Assembly: GCA_965140415.1 (NCBI GenBank)
Contig: OZ223209.1
Coordinates: forward strand, 1,568,001 to 1,632,000
DNA: 64,000 nt
DNA from: Myxococcota bacterium
GTDB lineage: Bacteria > Myxococcota_A > SURF-8
Direction of reading: 5' to 3'
This document shows, piece after piece, positions 28,018 through 38,393 of the stretch (position 1 is the first letter of the stretch; every line of letters begins with the position of its first letter). A model generated the notes under the pieces. The model was given only the letters and a program-made list of their open reading frames with translations, was not told the DNA's origin and searched no databases. The position numbers and the translations under genes are program-made.

Positions 28018-29180
28018 TCGAAACGCGCCAGCCGATCATTCTGGTGATTACGCATTTGCCGCAAGGCGGTGCGCAGCGGGTCGTGTTGACGTTGGCCGAA
28101 GGTCTGGATCGCAAGCGTTTCGAGGTGCATCTCGTTGCCGGTCCGTGCGGCGGATGGGTCAATCGAGCGAAAAAAATTGAAAATTGCCACTTTCACCCGG
28201 TCCCAAGTCTGGTGCGGGAACTCTCTCCGAAAAATGATTTACGAGTGATTCCGGATCTTTACAGAATCTTCCATCGCATTCGGATGCAACACCGCAACTG
28301 CCGCCCCATCGTGCACACGCATGCACCGAAGGCTGGCATGGCGGCGCGACTTGCGGCGCGATTGGCCGGTTGTGTGCCGCTGCATACCTTGCATGGGTTT
28401 CCTTTCCATGAGGGGCAGTCGAAGTTGCGCCGTGGTTTGTATAAGGCGCTAGAATCACTTGGTTATCTTGCCGGAGGTGAAGTGATTTCGGTGACGGAAA
28501 CCAACCGCCGAAAGGTCATCGAACAAGGCTGGGCCACTCCCGAAAACGTTACGGTTATTCCTCCCAGCGTGGATTTGGAGCGTTTGTCCGGTCGCAAGGG
28601 GCCACGCGTGCATCTGGCCCGCCACGGCATCGGCGAACAGCAGCGCGTAATCGGGATGGTGGCGAGTCTGAAACCGCCGAAAGATCCTTTTCTGCTTGCG
28701 CGAGCTGCTTCTGAAATCATCAAAGAAAACAAGGATGTTCGCCTTGTCTTTGCCGGTGGGGGAGAAATGCGGCCCGCACTGGAAAACGAGTTGCAACGCC
28801 TGGAAATCGCCGGGCAGTGTGTCTTGTTGGATTGGTTCGATCCGATCGAGGAACTTTATCCAGAACTCGATATACTAGTATTGCCTAGTTATTCCGAGGG
28901 TTTACCGCTGGTGCTGATCGAGGCGCGCGCTTGCGGAGTGCCGGTCATTGCTAATAAAGTTGGTGGAATCGGGGAATTGATTCGGCATAATGAAAATGGA
29001 ATCTTGTTAAATAGCTATGATCCTAACGAGTTATGCGATCATCTTCGCAGTTTGCTGAACGACCCGAAACGATATTCAACCTTGCGAGAGCAAGCTTTTA
29101 AAGGGTTGGAATGTTACTCGCCGAAAACGATGATTGCTTCTCACGAAGCGCTTTATCTGCGTTTATGTTCCACACGCTGA
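28014..29180 (+). CDS. GT4-family glycosyltransferase
   Basis: GGAQRVV, IVHTH, HTLHG and LPSYSEGLPLVLIEA (EX7E); ATGA overlap with the WecA-like gene. Confidence 0.92.
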   Translation: MIETRQPIILVITHLPQGGAQRVVLTLAEGLDRKRFEVHLVAGPCGGWVNRAKKIENCHFHPVPSLVRELSPKNDLRVIPDLYRIFHRIRMQHRNCRPIVHTHAPKAGMAARLAARLAGCVPLHTLHGFPFHEGQSKLRRGLYKALESLGYLAGGEVISVTETNRRKVIEQGWATPENVTVIPPSVDLERLSGRKGPRVHLARHGIGEQQRVIGMVASLKPPKDPFLLARAASEIIKENKDVRLVFAGGGEMRPALENELQRLEIAGQCVLLDWFDPIEELYPELDILVLPSYSEGLPLVLIEARACGVPVIANKVGGIGELIRHNENGILLNSYDPNELCDHLRSLLNDPKRYSTLREQAFKGLECYSPKTMIASHEALYLRLCSTR

Positions 29181-29303
29181 TCGTACTTCGCTCGTTTTTT
29201 TAATCCATCCAAAAATTTGAATATTTTCAATTCAGCGCGCTCCAATACTCTATTGGGTGAGGAAACGCAGGATTGGATATTTTACGCTGAATTCTCCTCG
29301 TCA

Positions 29304-29332
29304 TTGACCGATATATAGGAGGATGATACAAT
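29304..29332 (+). promoter_or_regulatory. Sigma70-type promoter for the giant lipoprotein gene
   Basis: TTGACC-N17-TACAAT with an extended TG. Confidence 0.7.
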
Positions 29333-29489
29333 TTAACAACGCGTATCAGTTGCCATTGGTTTCCTGGATTGGACTGAGAGACCGGAAGTAAAAATGATAT
29401 CGTCCGCGTTGTATTGGATGCGGATTCAACGTTACAAAAACCGGGAGCGGTGTGCCCGGCGCACATGTTATTTTACAAGGGGATCGAGC

Positions 29490-32400
29490 ATGACACATGA
29501 AAACCTGAAGATCCGGCTCATCACGTTGCGGTGGATCGCCACGTTGATCGTCTTGAGCTTGTTGTTCGTTTCGGCCTGTAGCGACGACGGCGTTACCACG
29601 GGGCAAAACGGAGATGAGGAAAGCGACTATGCCAACGTGGTTTGCACCACGCCCGATCAATGTCCACCCGGTTGGCTGTGCGTCGACAATCAGTGCTACG
29701 ACCCCAACTCCGGCATTCCCATCGGGCCGGACAGCGTCATCTCGTGTAACAACGACGCCGACTGCCCGGAGGGCTTTCTGTGCGGAGAGGATAACACCTG
29801 CTATCCCGATGATGGCTTCCAGTGTGTAGATGGAAAATGTCCGATCGGTTTCGAATGCGTCGATGGCCTTTGCCGGAAAGTCGGCGATCCGATCACCTGC
29901 CAGGAAGACAGCGACTGTCCTCCAGGCTCGATCTGCGAAGCCGGGTATTGCTGGGAAGTGGAAACTCCCGATGGCGATGATGACAAAGTGGACAGCGATG
30001 AGGATCTGTTCCAGCCGGATGGGCCGCAGATTCGCGTTCCCGACGAAGTGGACTTCGGCGCAGCGCGCCTGAACAGCCATATCACCAAAACTCTGCAAAT
30101 CGTTTCCAGTGGCTCCGAGCCTTTGCACGTTTACAGCGTGATTCTCGATGGCTCCTCCGATCCCGACTACTCCCTGATCGATGCACCAAGCACCGAGCAG
30201 ATTTTAACGCCCGGTAACGTGCTGGATCTGACCATTGAACTGGTTCCCATCGAAGAAGGCGTACGCCAGGGCAAAGTGATCATCACCAGTAACGACGTGG
30301 AAACCAATACGGTTACCGTCAATTTGATCAGCCAGTATAAAGGCGAGCCGAATATCGTGGTAGATCCGTTGGAAGTCGAATTCGGTTCGGTGGAAGTGGA
30401 AGGCGTTGCTGCCGAGCGCACCGTTCAGATTTTCAACCGGCCTTCCGACACCGACTCCAACCGGGTGCTGCGAATCACCAGCATCGAACTGGGATCGGAA
30501 GCGGATCAGAACTTTGAAATCGTGATGCCTCAGACCGATCCGCCTACCAGCCTGCCGAGTTTGGAGAATCCCATTACCGTCGGTCCTGGCGATATCAACG
30601 TATTCGAGTTTGTCGTTCGCTACCACCCCGCCACGGTAGACGTTCACACGCAGACTCTGAACATTCAGAGCGACGATCCGGACGAGGCGGAACGCAATAT
30701 CCAGGTGCTGCTATCCGGCGAGGGCGTTATTCCGCAGTTGGAAGTGACGCCGGTGGGCGATATCCATTTCGGTCTGGTCAGTGTGGGTACGCCCGAAGAG
30801 CGTACCATCACCTTTACCAACCTGGGCGGCGCGGATCTGGTCATCAGTGACGTGCTGTTTGAAAGTCCCGTGGATGAGACCTTTGGATTGGATACCATGG
30901 ATGCCGTTGGTGCCGTATTGACCAGCGGTCAGCAGACCAGCATCGTATTGACTTACACGCCGACCGATCAGGTCAGCAATCTGACCTATTTGAAGATCGT
31001 GAGCAACTCCTACAGAGACAGCAATCTCGTGCTCAAAGTAGATGGGCGCGGCATTGCTTCGGACATCCGCACCGTGCCGCCATATCTCGAATTCAACGAC
31101 GTGCTGGTGGGAACCTCGCGTTCGCTGGATGTTGTGGTGCGTAACGAAGGCGACGATCCTTTAATCGTGACCGACATTCACTTCTCGGAAGGAATGGAGG
31201 AAGTCACAATCGTCAATGCGGATCTGCTGCCGTTGAGTTTACAGCCTGACGGTCAGGAAACCTTGGTTTTCCGCTATGCGCCCGTCGATGAAAATGCCGA
31301 CAGCGGCAGCGCGTTCTTCCGGGTGAATATCAGCAGCGGCGACTACGAACTGCCCATCAGCGGACGTGGCGTGCTGCCGCACATCAGCTGGCAGCCTCCG
31401 GGATCGAGCATCGATTTCGGACCGGTTGTAGTCGGTTCCAGCCGAACGATTGATTTGACGTTACAGAACATCGGCTTGTTCGATCTGGAAATTACGGACA
31501 TCCATATGGACCCGGCCAGCCAGAATAATTTCCTGGCCCTGCCTTCCGACGATGCCTTGATTCCCGCCGGTGACAGCCATGTCGTGTCGTTGCGTTATCA
31601 ACCGCCACTAGGCGCGACGCTGGGATCGGAGAGCCAGCATCTGACTTTCAGCACCACCGATCCCGATTTTCCCGAAGTGGTGATCGAACTGTTGGCCGAA
31701 GCGGTGGACCCGATATTGAGTCTGTCTCCTCAAAGTCCATACGATTTCGGTAATGTCGATGTCGGCCAGCGCGAGTCGCAGGTCTTCGTACTCAGCAACC
31801 TGGGTACCGGTTTACTCGAAATTACCGATATTCACATTTCCTCGGCTTCTACCACGAACGGTTTTGCCCTGGATTTGGGCGGCGTGACGTTCCCGATTCT
31901 ATTGGAGCCCGCTACTCGCGATCAGCAGCTACCGATTACCGTGGCCTTTTCGCCGCCAGGTTATGCGCCTTACGCCGGTGAAATTACGATCAGTAGTAAT
32001 GATAACCGCCATCCCAGCGGCTTTACCCTGGATCTGTCCGGTACCGGTGGCGGTTGCCCGGAAAATCAGCACGAATGCGGTGACTTGTGTGTGAGCAACA
32101 GTTCTCCCGATACCTGTGGAGATCGCTGCGAGCCTTGTTTCGAGCCGGAATTCTCCACCGCAGTGTGCGCGTTCGATGAAAACACCGTGACCTATTATTG
32201 CGATTTCGAGTGCGACAACGGCTACGTGCGTTTCGGTGATGAATGCAAGCTGGGTGGTTCGCCCGATTGCTGCGGCGACGATTGCGTGGTCTGTCCCGAT
32301 CCGCCGGATAATGCCAGCAGCCAGTGTATCGACGGCGAGTGCGCCTTTATCTGCACCAACGGCATGCATCTGTGCGACGTTCTCGGCGAGCCGGTATGCT

Positions 32401-35400
32401 ATCCAAACGACGATATCACCCATTGTGGTGATGATTGTGTAAGTTGTTCGGTGCCTGAAAACGGTACTACCTATTGTGTGGCGGGTGAATGTGTGCCGGT
32501 TTGCAGCAATGGGTACCATCCTTGCGATGATGGCAACTGTTATCCGGTCAACGACCCCACGCATTGCGGCGATGAGTGCTTGCAGTGCGAAGCGCCTTTC
32601 GGAGGCGAAGGCGTTTGCGAAAATGGCGAATGTATCCAGCGCTGCCCGGACGAGGAGCACCTCTGCGACGACAACATCTGTTACACCGACGATGATATCA
32701 CTCATTGTGGCGAAGACTGTACGCTCTGCCGCATCCCGAGCAACGGCCAAGCCTATTGTGTGGGCGGCGAGTGTATTCCACAATGTTTCGAAAGCTATCA
32801 CGCCTGCGGCGACGACTGCTATCCAGGTGACGATCCGCTGCATTGCGGCGAAGAGTGCGTACAGTGCGAGGTGCCCAGTAATGGTGTAGCTATTTGTCAG
32901 GGTGGTGAATGTCAGAAATTCTGCAATAATTCTTTCCACATCTGCCCGGATGGAAACTGTTACAGCGCCGACGATATCACGCACTGTGGCGATGACTGCG
33001 ACGTTTGCTCCGCACCTATCAATGGTGGCGCGCGCTGCGAAGGCGGCGAATGCTCCCAGTACTGCCAGCCAGGTTATCATTTCTGCGACGATGGCCAGTG
33101 CTACCCGGATACGGACATTACCCACTGTGGTGATGACTGTCAGGTCTGCTCGGTGCCGACCAACGGCGTAAGTTACTGCGTTGGCGGCGTGTGCGTTCAG
33201 GAATGCCAGGGCGGTTATCACATGTGTGACGACGGCCAATGTTATCCCGCCGATGATCCGACGCACTGTGGAGCCAACTGTGTAAGCTGCGATCCTCCTT
33301 CCAATGGTTTTGCTACCTGTATGGGTGGTTCCTGCGGGCGCATCTGTAATGAAAACTATCATATGTGCGCCGATGGAAACTGCTACTTGAATAGCGACGT
33401 AAACAATTGCGGTGCGGGCTGTTTGGAGTGTCCTGTGCCGGTAGGTGGTTTTGCCCAGTGTCTCGACGGTCTGTGTGAGCGTAGCTGCGATCCGACCAAG
33501 CATGTTTGCCCGCAGGACGGCAACTGTTACCCGGACAACGATCCGACGCATTGCGGCGAGGATTGCACGACCTGTCCGCAGCCGCTGCACGGCTATGCCA
33601 TCTGCGATGGTGAATGCCGCGCTTACTGCAATCCCGGTTACCATGCCTGCCCGGATGGCCAGTGTTACGAAAGCGGCAACATTCAGCATTGCGGCGATGA
33701 AAACGAGTGTGTGGCCTGTAGCGCTCCGAACAATGGGTACGCGCTGTGTGTAGGCAATCAGTGCGAAGTCTACTGCAACGAGACGTATCATTCCTGCCCG
33801 GACGGTACTTGCCAGCCGGTGGATGACGTCAAACACTGTGGTCCCGAATGTATCGCCTGTGAAATCCCAAGTAACGGTGCCGCCTACTGTGTGGGCGGTG
33901 AGTGTCTCACCCAGTGCAACCAGAATTATCACGCCTGCCCGGACGGCGATTGCTATCGCAACGACGATACCCAGCATTGTGGTGACGAGAATGAATGTGT
34001 GGCCTGCCCGGTGCCACAGAATGGCGTGGCAAGTTGTCAGAGCGGCGAATGCGTCAGCCAGTGCAACTCCAACTTCCATGCCTGCCCCGACGGTAACTGC
34101 TATCTGGATACCGACACCACGCATTGCGGCAACGCCGATGAATGCCTGGTCTGTCCGGTGCCGAATAACGGCTCGGCCAGTTGCGTGTTGGGTGAATGCG
34201 AAAGCGAGTGCAATACCGGACATCATTTCTGCGAAGACGGCAACTGCTACAGCAACTACGATATCACCCATTGCGGCGACGATTGCGAACTGTGCGAAAC
34301 GGTTCCCAACGGAAGCACCTCCTGCACCCAGGGTGAATGTACGTTGACCTGCCTGAGCGGTTTCCACCAGTGTGGCGAGGGTGACAGCCGCGAATGCCGC
34401 AGCAATATCGATCCGACCGCCTGTGGCGAAGACTGCGAAATCTGCGAAGTGCCGCAGAACGGCACGGCGGTTTGCAGCAACGGTTCCTGTGTGCCGACCT
34501 GCCCGGCGAACTCGCATCTGTGCGGCGCAGAGGGCAGCCTGGCCTGTTATACGAACGACGATGCCGCGCATTGCGGCGATAGTTGCACGGCCTGTCCCGC
34601 GCCGACCAATGGTTCTGCGGTTTGCAACAATGGCCAGTGCGACACCAGTTGCCCGGCCAACTGGCATCTGTGCGGCGATACCTGCTATCCCAATACCGAT
34701 GCGGATCACTGCGGCACGAATTGCACCGACTGTCCCGAGCCGACGGATGGTACGGCTATTTGCAGTAACGGCGAATGCGACACCAGTTGTCCCACCAACT
34801 GGCATCTGTGCGGCGATGCCTGTTATGCCAATACCGACATCACCCATTGCGGCGATAGTTGCGTTTCCTGTACCGCACCGATCGACGGCTCCGCTGTTTG
34901 CAGTAATGGCGAGTGCAGCCAGCAATGCCCGGCCAACTGGCACTTGTGCGGCGATACCTGCTATCCCAATACGGATATTGCACACTGCGGCGAAAGTTGC
35001 ACTCCCTGCACCGCACCGATCAATGGTTCCGTCCTTTGCTCCAATGGCGAATGCCAATCCAGTTGTCCGGCTAACTGGCATCTTTGTGGAGATACCTGCT
35101 ATCCCGATACGGATGCGGATCACTGCGGTGAAAGCTGTGAAAACTGCCCGGAACCGGTTAACGGCAACGGTCAGGCGGCTTGTGTCAACGATGGTTGCGT
35201 AACGCAATGTGTGGTCAACTTCCATTCCTGCACCGACGGCAGTGACGTTTATTGTTATCCAAACAGCGATCCGGATCATTGCGGCGCAGGCTGTTTGCCC
35301 TGCGAAGCGCCGATCGACGGTACAGCCCAATGCGTAAATGGTAGTTGTGAAATGACCTGTCTTTCCAACTGGCATTCCTGCTGGGTGGGACCGCTGCCCA

Positions 35401-38204
35401 ATGACTATCAATGTTTCGCCAATTCCGATCCGAACCATTGCGGTGAGTTGTGCGAAACCTGTCCGGCCCCGACCGGTGGTTCGGCAAGCTGTGTCAATGG
35501 CGAATGCGAGTCCAGTTGCCCGGTCAACTATCATGTATGCGGCGATACCTGCTACCCGGTCACCGATGCCAGCCATTGCGGTGAAAGTTGCACCGCCTGC
35601 ACCGCGCCGACCGGTGGTACCGCCAGTTGTGTCAACGGCGAATGCGAGTCCAGTTGTCCGGCCAACTACCATGACTGCGGCGGGGTCTGCTACGCGGTCA
35701 CGGATGCGGATCACTGCGGCAGCAGTTGCACCGATTGTACGGTGCCGACCGGCGGCTCGGCCAGTTGCGTCAACGGTCTATGCCAGCAGACCTGTCCTAC
35801 CAATTACAATTTGTGCAGCGGCACCTGCTATCCGCCCACCGATGCGGAACATTGTGGAAGCACTTGCAAAGTCTGCGATGAGCCGGTCAACGGCACGGCT
35901 TTGTGCGTCAACGGAGAATGCGACACGGCCTGTCAGACCAACTGGCATCTGTGCGGCGACACCTGTTATCCCAATACGGACGCCGAGCACTGCGGTAGTT
36001 CATGTACGACATGTGCTGTTCCGGTTGACGGTTATGCGACGTGCAGCAACGGTTCCTGTTATGAAAACTGCAACCCCGGTTCGCATCTCTGTTCCATCGG
36101 CGGTGGTGACAGCCAGTGCTTCCTGAACAGCGACCCGGATAATTGCGGTGATACCTGTGCGGAATGTCCGGACCCGGGTGGCAACGGTTACGCTACTTGC
36201 GTCAACGGCGAATGCGAAACCGCTTGCAATCCGGGGAACCATACCTGCGGTAGCGCCGGTACCGACTGCTACCCGGATAACGACCCGGACTACTGCGGCG
36301 ATTCCTGTCAGACCTGTTTCGAGCCGCCCAACGGTTCGGCGTTGTGTATCAATGACGATTGCGACTGGTCCTGCGATCCGTACTACAGTAAAAACACGGC
36401 GCTATCCGAGTGCAACTCCGGCAACCAGAACAGTTGCTGCGAACCGAACAACTCCGACAACTGCTGCGGTTTGAACTGCAACGAATGCCAGCCTTCCGGT
36501 CCCAACACGGTGGGGATCTGCGAAGCGACGGGCGACGTCAATAATCCCTACGCCTGCGGCTACGACTGTGCTTCGGGCTATGTCGATTACAACTCCGACT
36601 TCTCCGATGGCTGCGAGTGCTACTACCAGGGCAGCAATGATCCATACGGAGACGGTGTGGATCAGAACTGCGACGGTGTGGACGGCTATATGAACGAGGC
36701 CATCTACGTATCGCGTGATGGATTGGATACCAATAACGGCGACTACCTCTCGCCGGTACTGACCATCGACCGAGGTTTGGAGCGTGCCGTGCAATATGGA
36801 CGCGACTGGGTGCTGGTGACCGGTGAACGCTACACCGAAAACCTGCAATTGATTGAAGGCATCAACATTCTGGGGGCTTATTCCATCACCTTCCGCTCGC
36901 GCGATCGTGTCAATAACCGTACCACGCTGCAAGGCGAACCTGCCGATGACGGCGGTGAGTATGGCACCGTAACGGCAGTGGATATCTTGTCCAGCGATAC
37001 CGAGTTTTCCGGTTTCGAAGTCGTAGGGCGCGAAGGCACAGCCAGTGAAATCAGCACCTATGCCGTGTACATCCGCAATTGCGACGATCACCTGATCTTC
37101 CAATACAATACGGTTATCGGAAATGAAGGTTACGACGGTTCGCGTGGTTCCAACGGTACCAGCGGGACCAACGGAGCTAACGGCAACGGAGGTAATCCTG
37201 CCAAGAGCGCCGGAAGTTCCAACGACTCCTGTAGCGGTTCCAATGCAGGCGGTTCCGGTGGCGTAGCCAGTTGCAGCAATTCCAATGGCGGCGCCGGAGG
37301 CGGTGGTGATTGTCCAGTGTCGCGCGATGTGGCAGAAGGACCGGGCGTGGCCGGGCAGGGATCCGGCGCAGGAGCTGGCGGCTCGGCAGGCTACAGTTCC
37401 GAAATCGACGCCGGTTACAGTTGCGGTACCTGCTTCGTGCCGCCGACTTCCAGTGGTCATAGTATGACCGGTGGTACGGGTGGAACCGGTCAGCCCGGTG
37501 GCGATGGCTCCGGCGGCTCGGGTTGTTCGAATCAGGGGAGCGTATCCAGCGGCTTCTGGCAGATCGGCACGGCCACTCGCGGAAACACCGGAACGCATGG
37601 TTCTGGTGGTGGTGGTGGCGGTTCCGGTGGTGGTGTGAACTACATCCGTGACTCCTGGTACGGCTCTTGCGGTGAGCCCGATCAACTGGGCGGTACTGGT
37701 GGTGGCGGCGGTTCCGGCGGTTGTCGTGGTACCTACGGTTCTCCCGGAACTTCTGCCGGTGCGTCATTCGGGTTGTTCGTCATCTTCGATTCCAACCCGG
37801 GTAGCAGCAATAACGTGCCTCAGGTCAGCAATAATACCATTGTGCTGGGTCGTGGTGGTTACGGCGGCGACGGCGGTGCTGGCGGCGGCGGTGGTTCCGG
37901 TGGTTCGGGTGGCGCAGGTGGTATCGGTAATGCCGGTGACTACTGGTGCACCGGCTCGGGCGGCTCAGGTGGCTCGGGCGGTCGCGGCGGTCATGGCGGC
38001 GGCGGCGGCGGCGGTTGCGGCGGCAGCGTTTACGGCATCTACGGATACAACTACGGCTCTGCCAGTTACCTGTCGAGTTGGAACAGTACAAACAGCTTCG
38101 ACACCAGCCAAGGCTGGGGCGGTTCCGGCGGTGCAGGTGGCTACAGCCCGGGTAACCACGGCGTGGATGGTTCGGATGGTGCTTTCGAAGATACCAATTT
38201 CTAG
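29490..38204 (+). CDS. Giant (~2900 aa) Cys-rich surface lipoprotein: small Cys repeats, 6 Ig-like (choice-of-anchor D/ASH-like) domains, ~30 eight-Cys repeats, DUF1565-like domain and Gly-rich tail
   Basis: Lipobox VSAC after ATG 29490; six x(D/E/H)F(G/N)-initiated beta domains; repeated D-x2-HCG-x2-C-x2-C units; DGVDQNCDGVDG; IYVSRDGLDTNNG...PVLTI; PGRS-like Gly runs. Confidence 0.9.
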   Translation: MTHENLKIRLITLRWIATLIVLSLLFVSACSDDGVTTGQNGDEESDYANVVCTTPDQCPPGWLCVDNQCYDPNSGIPIGPDSVISCNNDADCPEGFLCGEDNTCYPDDGFQCVDGKCPIGFECVDGLCRKVGDPITCQEDSDCPPGSICEAGYCWEVETPDGDDDKVDSDEDLFQPDGPQIRVPDEVDFGAARLNSHITKTLQIVSSGSEPLHVYSVILDGSSDPDYSLIDAPSTEQILTPGNVLDLTIELVPIEEGVRQGKVIITSNDVETNTVTVNLISQYKGEPNIVVDPLEVEFGSVEVEGVAAERTVQIFNRPSDTDSNRVLRITSIELGSEADQNFEIVMPQTDPPTSLPSLENPITVGPGDINVFEFVVRYHPATVDVHTQTLNIQSDDPDEAERNIQVLLSGEGVIPQLEVTPVGDIHFGLVSVGTPEERTITFTNLGGADLVISDVLFESPVDETFGLDTMDAVGAVLTSGQQTSIVLTYTPTDQVSNLTYLKIVSNSYRDSNLVLKVDGRGIASDIRTVPPYLEFNDVLVGTSRSLDVVVRNEGDDPLIVTDIHFSEGMEEVTIVNADLLPLSLQPDGQETLVFRYAPVDENADSGSAFFRVNISSGDYELPISGRGVLPHISWQPPGSSIDFGPVVVGSSRTIDLTLQNIGLFDLEITDIHMDPASQNNFLALPSDDALIPAGDSHVVSLRYQPPLGATLGSESQHLTFSTTDPDFPEVVIELLAEAVDPILSLSPQSPYDFGNVDVGQRESQVFVLSNLGTGLLEITDIHISSASTTNGFALDLGGVTFPILLEPATRDQQLPITVAFSPPGYAPYAGEITISSNDNRHPSGFTLDLSGTGGGCPENQHECGDLCVSNSSPDTCGDRCEPCFEPEFSTAVCAFDENTVTYYCDFECDNGYVRFGDECKLGGSPDCCGDDCVVCPDPPDNASSQCIDGECAFICTNGMHLCDVLGEPVCYPNDDITHCGDDCVSCSVPENGTTYCVAGECVPVCSNGYHPCDDGNCYPVNDPTHCGDECLQCEAPFGGEGVCENGECIQRCPDEEHLCDDNICYTDDDITHCGEDCTLCRIPSNGQAYCVGGECIPQCFESYHACGDDCYPGDDPLHCGEECVQCEVPSNGVAICQGGECQKFCNNSFHICPDGNCYSADDITHCGDDCDVCSAPINGGARCEGGECSQYCQPGYHFCDDGQCYPDTDITHCGDDCQVCSVPTNGVSYCVGGVCVQECQGGYHMCDDGQCYPADDPTHCGANCVSCDPPSNGFATCMGGSCGRICNENYHMCADGNCYLNSDVNNCGAGCLECPVPVGGFAQCLDGLCERSCDPTKHVCPQDGNCYPDNDPTHCGEDCTTCPQPLHGYAICDGECRAYCNPGYHACPDGQCYESGNIQHCGDENECVACSAPNNGYALCVGNQCEVYCNETYHSCPDGTCQPVDDVKHCGPECIACEIPSNGAAYCVGGECLTQCNQNYHACPDGDCYRNDDTQHCGDENECVACPVPQNGVASCQSGECVSQCNSNFHACPDGNCYLDTDTTHCGNADECLVCPVPNNGSASCVLGECESECNTGHHFCEDGNCYSNYDITHCGDDCELCETVPNGSTSCTQGECTLTCLSGFHQCGEGDSRECRSNIDPTACGEDCEICEVPQNGTAVCSNGSCVPTCPANSHLCGAEGSLACYTNDDAAHCGDSCTACPAPTNGSAVCNNGQCDTSCPANWHLCGDTCYPNTDADHCGTNCTDCPEPTDGTAICSNGECDTSCPTNWHLCGDACYANTDITHCGDSCVSCTAPIDGSAVCSNGECSQQCPANWHLCGDTCYPNTDIAHCGESCTPCTAPINGSVLCSNGECQSSCPANWHLCGDTCYPDTDADHCGESCENCPEPVNGNGQAACVNDGCVTQCVVNFHSCTDGSDVYCYPNSDPDHCGAGCLPCEAPIDGTAQCVNGSCEMTCLSNWHSCWVGPLPNDYQCFANSDPNHCGELCETCPAPTGGSASCVNGECESSCPVNYHVCGDTCYPVTDASHCGESCTACTAPTGGTASCVNGECESSCPANYHDCGGVCYAVTDADHCGSSCTDCTVPTGGSASCVNGLCQQTCPTNYNLCSGTCYPPTDAEHCGSTCKVCDEPVNGTALCVNGECDTACQTNWHLCGDTCYPNTDAEHCGSSCTTCAVPVDGYATCSNGSCYENCNPGSHLCSIGGGDSQCFLNSDPDNCGDTCAECPDPGGNGYATCVNGECETACNPGNHTCGSAGTDCYPDNDPDYCGDSCQTCFEPPNGSALCINDDCDWSCDPYYSKNTALSECNSGNQNSCCEPNNSDNCCGLNCNECQPSGPNTVGICEATGDVNNPYACGYDCASGYVDYNSDFSDGCECYYQGSNDPYGDGVDQNCDGVDGYMNEAIYVSRDGLDTNNGDYLSPVLTIDRGLERAVQYGRDWVLVTGERYTENLQLIEGINILGAYSITFRSRDRVNNRTTLQGEPADDGGEYGTVTAVDILSSDTEFSGFEVVGREGTASEISTYAVYIRNCDDHLIFQYNTVIGNEGYDGSRGSNGTSGTNGANGNGGNPAKSAGSSNDSCSGSNAGGSGGVASCSNSNGGAGGGGDCPVSRDVAEGPGVAGQGSGAGAGGSAGYSSEIDAGYSCGTCFVPPTSSGHSMTGGTGGTGQPGGDGSGGSGCSNQGSVSSGFWQIGTATRGNTGTHGSGGGGGGSGGGVNYIRDSWYGSCGEPDQLGGTGGGGGSGGCRGTYGSPGTSAGASFGLFVIFDSNPGSSNNVPQVSNNTIVLGRGGYGGDGGAGGGGGSGGSGGAGGIGNAGDYWCTGSGGSGGSGGRGGHGGGGGGGCGGSVYGIYGYNYGSASYLSSWNSTNSFDTSQGWGGSGGAGGYSPGNHGVDGSDGAFEDTNF
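32055..36580 (+). repeat. Intragenic tandem array of ~30 Cys-rich units (~138-156 bp each)
   Basis: Unit CPANWHLCGDTCYPNTDADHCGTNCTDCPEPTDGTAICSNGECDTS (46 aa). Near-identical DNA at 34651/34927 and 35491/35629, i.e. multiples of 138 bp. Confidence 0.9.
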
Positions 38205-38226
38205 CCGTCAGGTTCGTTAATAAAAC

Positions 38227-38260
38227 ACAGGCCGGGAAATTCTCCCGGCCTGTTTGTTTT
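38227..38260 (+). terminator. Rho-independent terminator
   Basis: ACAGGCCGGGA-AATTC-TCCCGGCCTGT followed by TTGTTTT. Confidence 0.85.
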
Positions 38261-38295
38261 GGGACTCTGTAATCAGAATGCGCTTTCCTTTCGAT

Positions 38296-38350
38296 GGATC
38301 AGGATTGCATCCTGATCCGAAACGTTACGAGCGGGATGCAATCCCGCTCG
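38296..38350. repeat. Inverted pair of REP-like palindromes
   Basis: GGATCAGGAT-TGC-ATCCTGATCC and CGAGCGGGAT-GCA-ATCCCGCTCG, related to each other in opposite orientation. Confidence 0.6.
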
Positions 38351-38393
38351 ATCAAGGGGGCCGGGCACCCATTTCTAATAGTGCAATATATGA

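Noticed and set aside
31929-35714. 1261-aa minus-strand ORF (also 36402..37685)
   Set aside because: Antisense shadow of the repetitive Cys/Gly-rich gene; Ala/Val/Ile/Thr-rich translation mirrors the codon bias and has no motifs.
32055-36580. Multiheme cytochrome or diversity-generating retroelement in the giant gene
   Set aside because: The motif is HCG-x2-C-x2-C rather than CxxCH; there is no reverse transcriptase, and no adenine-specific TR/VR pair was seen.
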